Part shown: positions 60,698 through 64,000 of the stretch, one piece after another | Layout: each line of letters begins with the position of its first letter | Position numbering within the stretch: position 1 is the stretch's first letter | Source of the DNA: Planctomycetota bacterium | GTDB taxonomy: Bacteria > Planctomycetota > UBA8108 > SXIK01 | Assembly: GCA_965223265.1 (NCBI GenBank) | Contig: OZ244999.1 | Location: 5,696,001-5,760,000, forward strand | Direction of reading: 5' to 3' | DNA: 64,000 nucleotides | Position numbers and translations under genes: made by a program | The notes under the pieces: generated by a model | What the model saw: only the letters and a program-made list of their open reading frames with translations | Databases searched by the model: none | What the model was told of the DNA's origin: nothing

Positions 60698-61622
60698 CGG
60701 TGTGCCGTCAACATTTCCGATACCGACCGCGTGGAACGTGTCGATCATTATGGTGCAATGGCTTGCGTTCTTTGCATGCTGCTGGTGGGCTGCAAGGATC
60801 GAAACCTGGACGCAGACGCTTGGTCTGGCACTTGTGTTCGGCATTCTTGGCAACTCGATCTATTCCGTCCTTCATGAAGCGGAACACGGGATCCTTCTTC
60901 CGAACCGCCGCCTGAACGATCTCGCCGGTGTCATGATGGCGCTCCTCTTCCCGGCGCCGTTTCATCTGCTGCGGCAAGGACATCTCGGGCACCACCTCAG
61001 AAACCGCTCCGACGACGAAGCCTTCGACCTCGTCATCGAGGGCGAGCACCCCGTGTGGAAGCGCATTCAGTTTTACGGGATCATCACTGGTTTTTACTGG
61101 CTTGCCGTCGTGCTCGGCAACTTCGTAGCTCTCTTTGCGCCGACGCTATTGAGGTCTCAGTCGCTGCGGTTTGACAAAGCGACAGCGGCTCTACTCGATT
61201 CACTCAATCCACGCTATCTGCGCCTGATCCGCATCGAAGCATGTGCCGCGCTTGCCTTCCACACAAGTGTCGTATGGGCATTCGGCATCGCGCCAGCGAC
61301 CTACTTCTGCGTTTACTTCGGTTTCGGCTGGATGTGGTCCGCCATGCAATACGTACACCACTTCGGGACCGAACGCCACGTAGTGCGCGGCACTCGCAAT
61401 CTCTGGGTGTGGCGCCCGCTCGACGCCGTTTGGCTGCACCACAATCTGCATTTGAACCACCACGCCCACCCGACCGTTCCGTGGATTCACCTACCAAAGC
61501 TCAGCGAAGGCGCAGAAACGACACGAGGGTTTCTGCCGTGGTACTACCTCCGCATGTGGCGTGGCCCTCAGCCAACGGCGGAACACGTGGAGAACCGTTA
61601 TGCGGGACGGATCATTGACTGA
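60672..61622 (+). CDS. Membrane-bound fatty acid desaturase-family protein
   Basis: His boxes HEAEH, HLGHH, HHNLHLNHH; QYVHH; PTVPWIHLP. Confidence 0.88.
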   Translation: MSLPVRSHSGVPSTFPIPTAWNVSIIMVQWLAFFACCWWAARIETWTQTLGLALVFGILGNSIYSVLHEAEHGILLPNRRLNDLAGVMMALLFPAPFHLLRQGHLGHHLRNRSDDEAFDLVIEGEHPVWKRIQFYGIITGFYWLAVVLGNFVALFAPTLLRSQSLRFDKATAALLDSLNPRYLRLIRIEACAALAFHTSVVWAFGIAPATYFCVYFGFGWMWSAMQYVHHFGTERHVVRGTRNLWVWRPLDAVWLHHNLHLNHHAHPTVPWIHLPKLSEGAETTRGFLPWYYLRMWRGPQPTAEHVENRYAGRIID

Positions 61623-62355
61623 TCTAACGAATGATGCAGCGCAGAAGGTCTTAGGCGATTCGGTCGTCGGCCGGGAAGAGCCGACGCATGTAAAGCTGCA
61701 GCGGAAGGCCAACATAGGCACCGGGACAAAACTCTTCATGATCCTCACGGGCTACATTCCTCTCGCTCACGCCGTCTTCTGTGCGTTTCTGTTTGTCGCG
61801 GTCGTAGCCGCCGCTGGTCCAGCATGGGGAGTCGCGACGGCGCTCAGCGCATTGTACATAGCCCCGGCGCTTCTCGTGCGCTCGGTTCGTCGCGTTGCGG
61901 CAGTGCCCAACGGCCGATACGGCCCAGCGACGATCACATTTCGACTCTGGTGGTTCTGTGCGCAGTGCCAGCTTCTCTTCAATCGACTGCCGATCTTGGA
62001 GGAGTGCCTCCGCGTTGTCCCAGGTCTCTACTCCGCGTGGATCCGGCTTTGGGGCTCACGCGTGGGCTCGCTCGTCTACTGGGCACCAGGCGTCGTGGTG
62101 TTCGACCGACAGCTCTTGCGCATTGGGCATCGTGTCGCGTTCGGTGGCCGCGCCCACATAACGCCACACTACATGGCCAAAGACGACGACGGCTGCATCG
62201 AGCTCTGCATCGCACCGATCACCATAGGAGACGACGCCCTCGTTGGCGGCCTGTCGCTCGTTCCGGCCGGTGCGACCATTGAACCAGGTGGAGTGACTCG
62301 CGTTCGCGGCGTCGTCAAACCGTTCGAAGTCTACGGCAGGACGTCCGAAGTATGA
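61600..62355 (+). CDS. Membrane-associated acyltransferase-like protein (left-handed beta-helix)
   Basis: Two TM segments; LEECLRVVPGLYSAWIRLWGSRVG; IGHRVAFG, ITIGDDALVG, GATI hexapeptide-like motifs. Confidence 0.72.
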   Translation: MRDGSLTDLTNDAAQKVLGDSVVGREEPTHVKLQRKANIGTGTKLFMILTGYIPLAHAVFCAFLFVAVVAAAGPAWGVATALSALYIAPALLVRSVRRVAAVPNGRYGPATITFRLWWFCAQCQLLFNRLPILEECLRVVPGLYSAWIRLWGSRVGSLVYWAPGVVVFDRQLLRIGHRVAFGGRAHITPHYMAKDDDGCIELCIAPITIGDDALVGGLSLVPAGATIEPGGVTRVRGVVKPFEVYGRTSEV

Positions 62356-63119
62356 AATCGATCGGCAAACCACGGGCAGTCGAGGAAGGCGCCCGGAAGC
62401 GAAACCTCCTTGAACTCGTTTCGCGCGTGTGGCAGACGAAGCTAGCCCTCACCCTCGTTTTGCCGATTGCATTCTGCGTCTTCTACTTTCTGCTTCAGCA
62501 CCTCACCGAGATGCGAGTCACGACGTTCAAACTCACCAGCGTGGATCGCTGGATTCAGTTTCAACCGGAATGGATCTGGGTCTACCAGTCCGTCTATCTC
62601 GCGATGCCAATCGCACCGTGGCTTGCGGCCTCTAAGAGGGAGCTGAGGCGCTACGGAGAGGGTTTCGTGCTCCTGTCGCTGATCGGCTTCGGCATCTTCT
62701 CTCTCTATCCAGTCGCGGCCCCACGTCCCACGGACGTCCCGGCGCATGAAATGTACGCGCTATTGATCACTTACGACGGAATCGGCAACGCGTTTCCCTC
62801 TCTGCACTGTGCGTTGACATTTTACCATCTGCTGTTTGCGGAGCACACGACGACCACTCTGCTGTCACGGCGCGGACGACTGCTCTGGCGCGTCATAGGA
62901 GGCTTCTGGACCGCTGCGATCTGCTACTCGACGCTAGCAACGAAGCAGCACTATTTTGTCGACGTCGTAGCTGGTCTCGTGCTCGCTACGGCGGTGCACG
63001 CTGTTGTGTGGACGGAACGCACTAGGGCGACAAGCTTTCTCGCACTGCGGCGGCCAGCCGCTGTGCTGCACCCTACGGCGAGATCATGCACTCCAGCAAA
63101 CTCGCGAACCGACAACTGA
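62352..63119 (+). CDS. PAP2 superfamily membrane protein (Aur1/IPC-synthase-like)
   Basis: About 6 TM segments; YPVAAPRP, NAFPSLH, STLATKQHYFVDV; ATGA coupling. Confidence 0.85.
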   Translation: MKSIGKPRAVEEGARKRNLLELVSRVWQTKLALTLVLPIAFCVFYFLLQHLTEMRVTTFKLTSVDRWIQFQPEWIWVYQSVYLAMPIAPWLAASKRELRRYGEGFVLLSLIGFGIFSLYPVAAPRPTDVPAHEMYALLITYDGIGNAFPSLHCALTFYHLLFAEHTTTTLLSRRGRLLWRVIGGFWTAAICYSTLATKQHYFVDVVAGLVLATAVHAVVWTERTRATSFLALRRPAAVLHPTARSCTPANSRTDN

Positions 63120-63131
63120 AAGGAAGGTAAG

Positions 63132-63734
63132 ATGGATCGGATCAAATCAGGAAGTACTCTTCTCATCGGCGGCGCTCTATGCGCGACCTTCGCGTTCGCG
63201 ACCACTGTGAACGGTCAAGGCGACGAAGCCGAACACACAGCTCTTCGAGAACTCAAATCGATCTACGAAAAAGCTGTCAATGAAACACAGCTCGACTTAC
63301 TTGCCCCGCACTTGCACGCTAATTTCAGTGGGGTCATGGTCACAAACGACCCCGTAGCGAGCCAGAAAGACATCGAGGAGTACTGGCAATGGGTGTCGGG
63401 ACTCCTAGGCGACGGCGGCACGTATCGCGTCACACTCAATCCAGAGCGTAGCACTCTTCTCGGCAACTTTGCTCTGGCGAGAGGAACCGCAGACGAAGTC
63501 GCATCGATTCGCGGGAAGGAACTCAAGTTCCAGTCCAATTGGACCGCGCTTCTCGAGAAAGTCGATGGCGCCTGGAAGATCCTACGCGTTCACGGCTCCA
63601 TGAACCCAGTCGCGAATCCGTTTGCGAAAGCGAGCGCCAAGGCTGCGTCGTACACCAGCGGCGCTATCGGCGGTGGCATAGGGTTCGTTGTCGGGCTTTT
63701 GGTCATGTTGGTCACGCGCCGCAAGAAATCTTGA
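63132..63734 (+). CDS. Exported NTF2-like (DUF4440/SnoaL-type) protein with C-terminal TM anchor
   Basis: Signal peptide; FSGVMVT, ALARG, WTALLEKVDGAWKILRVHGSM; C-terminal TM segment plus RRKKS; AGGAAGG RBS. Confidence 0.8.
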   Translation: MDRIKSGSTLLIGGALCATFAFATTVNGQGDEAEHTALRELKSIYEKAVNETQLDLLAPHLHANFSGVMVTNDPVASQKDIEEYWQWVSGLLGDGGTYRVTLNPERSTLLGNFALARGTADEVASIRGKELKFQSNWTALLEKVDGAWKILRVHGSMNPVANPFAKASAKAASYTSGAIGGGIGFVVGLLVMLVTRRKKS

Positions 63735-63738
63735 CGCC

Positions 63739-64000
63739 TCAGCGCCTTATTTCCTCCTCGACGGGTATGGACGCTGAGCCATAGATTCGGCCAGCCTTCA
63801 CCGTCGCCACCGGCAGCAGCCGGCGGTGCCCAACGCGCTCCTGCTTCAGAGCATCGATGAACTTAAAGTCGCCCTCCTCGAGCGAGAACACGGCGACGTC
63901 TGCTTCAGCGCCCTCGCGCAGAGAACCGAGACCACCGGCAAAACCAAACACACTGGCAGGATTCTTCGTCGCGCGTTCGATCACGTCCTCGAGGGAAAGC
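63739..64000 (-). CDS. C-terminal end of a metal-dependent amidohydrolase/deacetylase (dihydroorotase-like), partial
   Basis: LEDVIERATKNPA..LGSLREGAEADVAVF..GDFKFID..LLPVATVKAG; runs off the right edge. Confidence 0.8.
   Translation of the reverse strand, partial: LSLEDVIERATKNPASVFGFAGGLGSLREGAEADVAVFSLEEGDFKFIDALKQERVGHRRLLPVATVKAGRIYGSASIPVEEEIRR

Noticed and set aside
50386-63734. Enediyne cluster, suggested by the UnbV domain
   Set aside because: No PksE, thioesterase or UnbL/UnbU-type cassette in the window.

Overview
GC-rich bacterial window, most consistent with a Planctomycetota genome: three DUF1501 genes, DUF1080, a lamin-tail/CotH/dockerin-like protein, a PQQ-dehydrogenase/cytochrome c fusion, a sulfatase and a PQQ-like beta-propeller. 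About 40 coding regions are supported; I found no rRNA, tRNA, CRISPR or transposase. The most notable locus is a MarR-led, mostly translationally coupled 12-gene operon at 50386-63734. It encodes MarR, a Rieske oxygenase, two GNAT-like proteins, a GH3 acyl-amide synthetase, two membrane desaturase-family enzymes, an AurF-like diiron oxygenase, an acyltransferase-like protein, a PAP2/Aur1-like protein, an NTF2-like protein and a membrane-anchored FG-GAP/ASPIC-UnbV protein. That last gene has an in-frame TGA (59064-59066) followed by an fdhF-like SECIS hairpin, so it is a probable selenoprotein inside an uncharacterised lipid/acyl-amide pathway. Other notable items are a Rieske/cytochrome b/octaheme HAO-like operon, a phosphofructokinase homolog with a degenerate active site, a duplicated CBS segment fused to a 5'-truncated PhoD-like gene, a small Cys-rich lipoprotein, and a dispersed repeat family that forms a 139-bp-unit array with variable G-rich hexamer spacers. 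All calls come from reading motifs by eye; no database searches were run.
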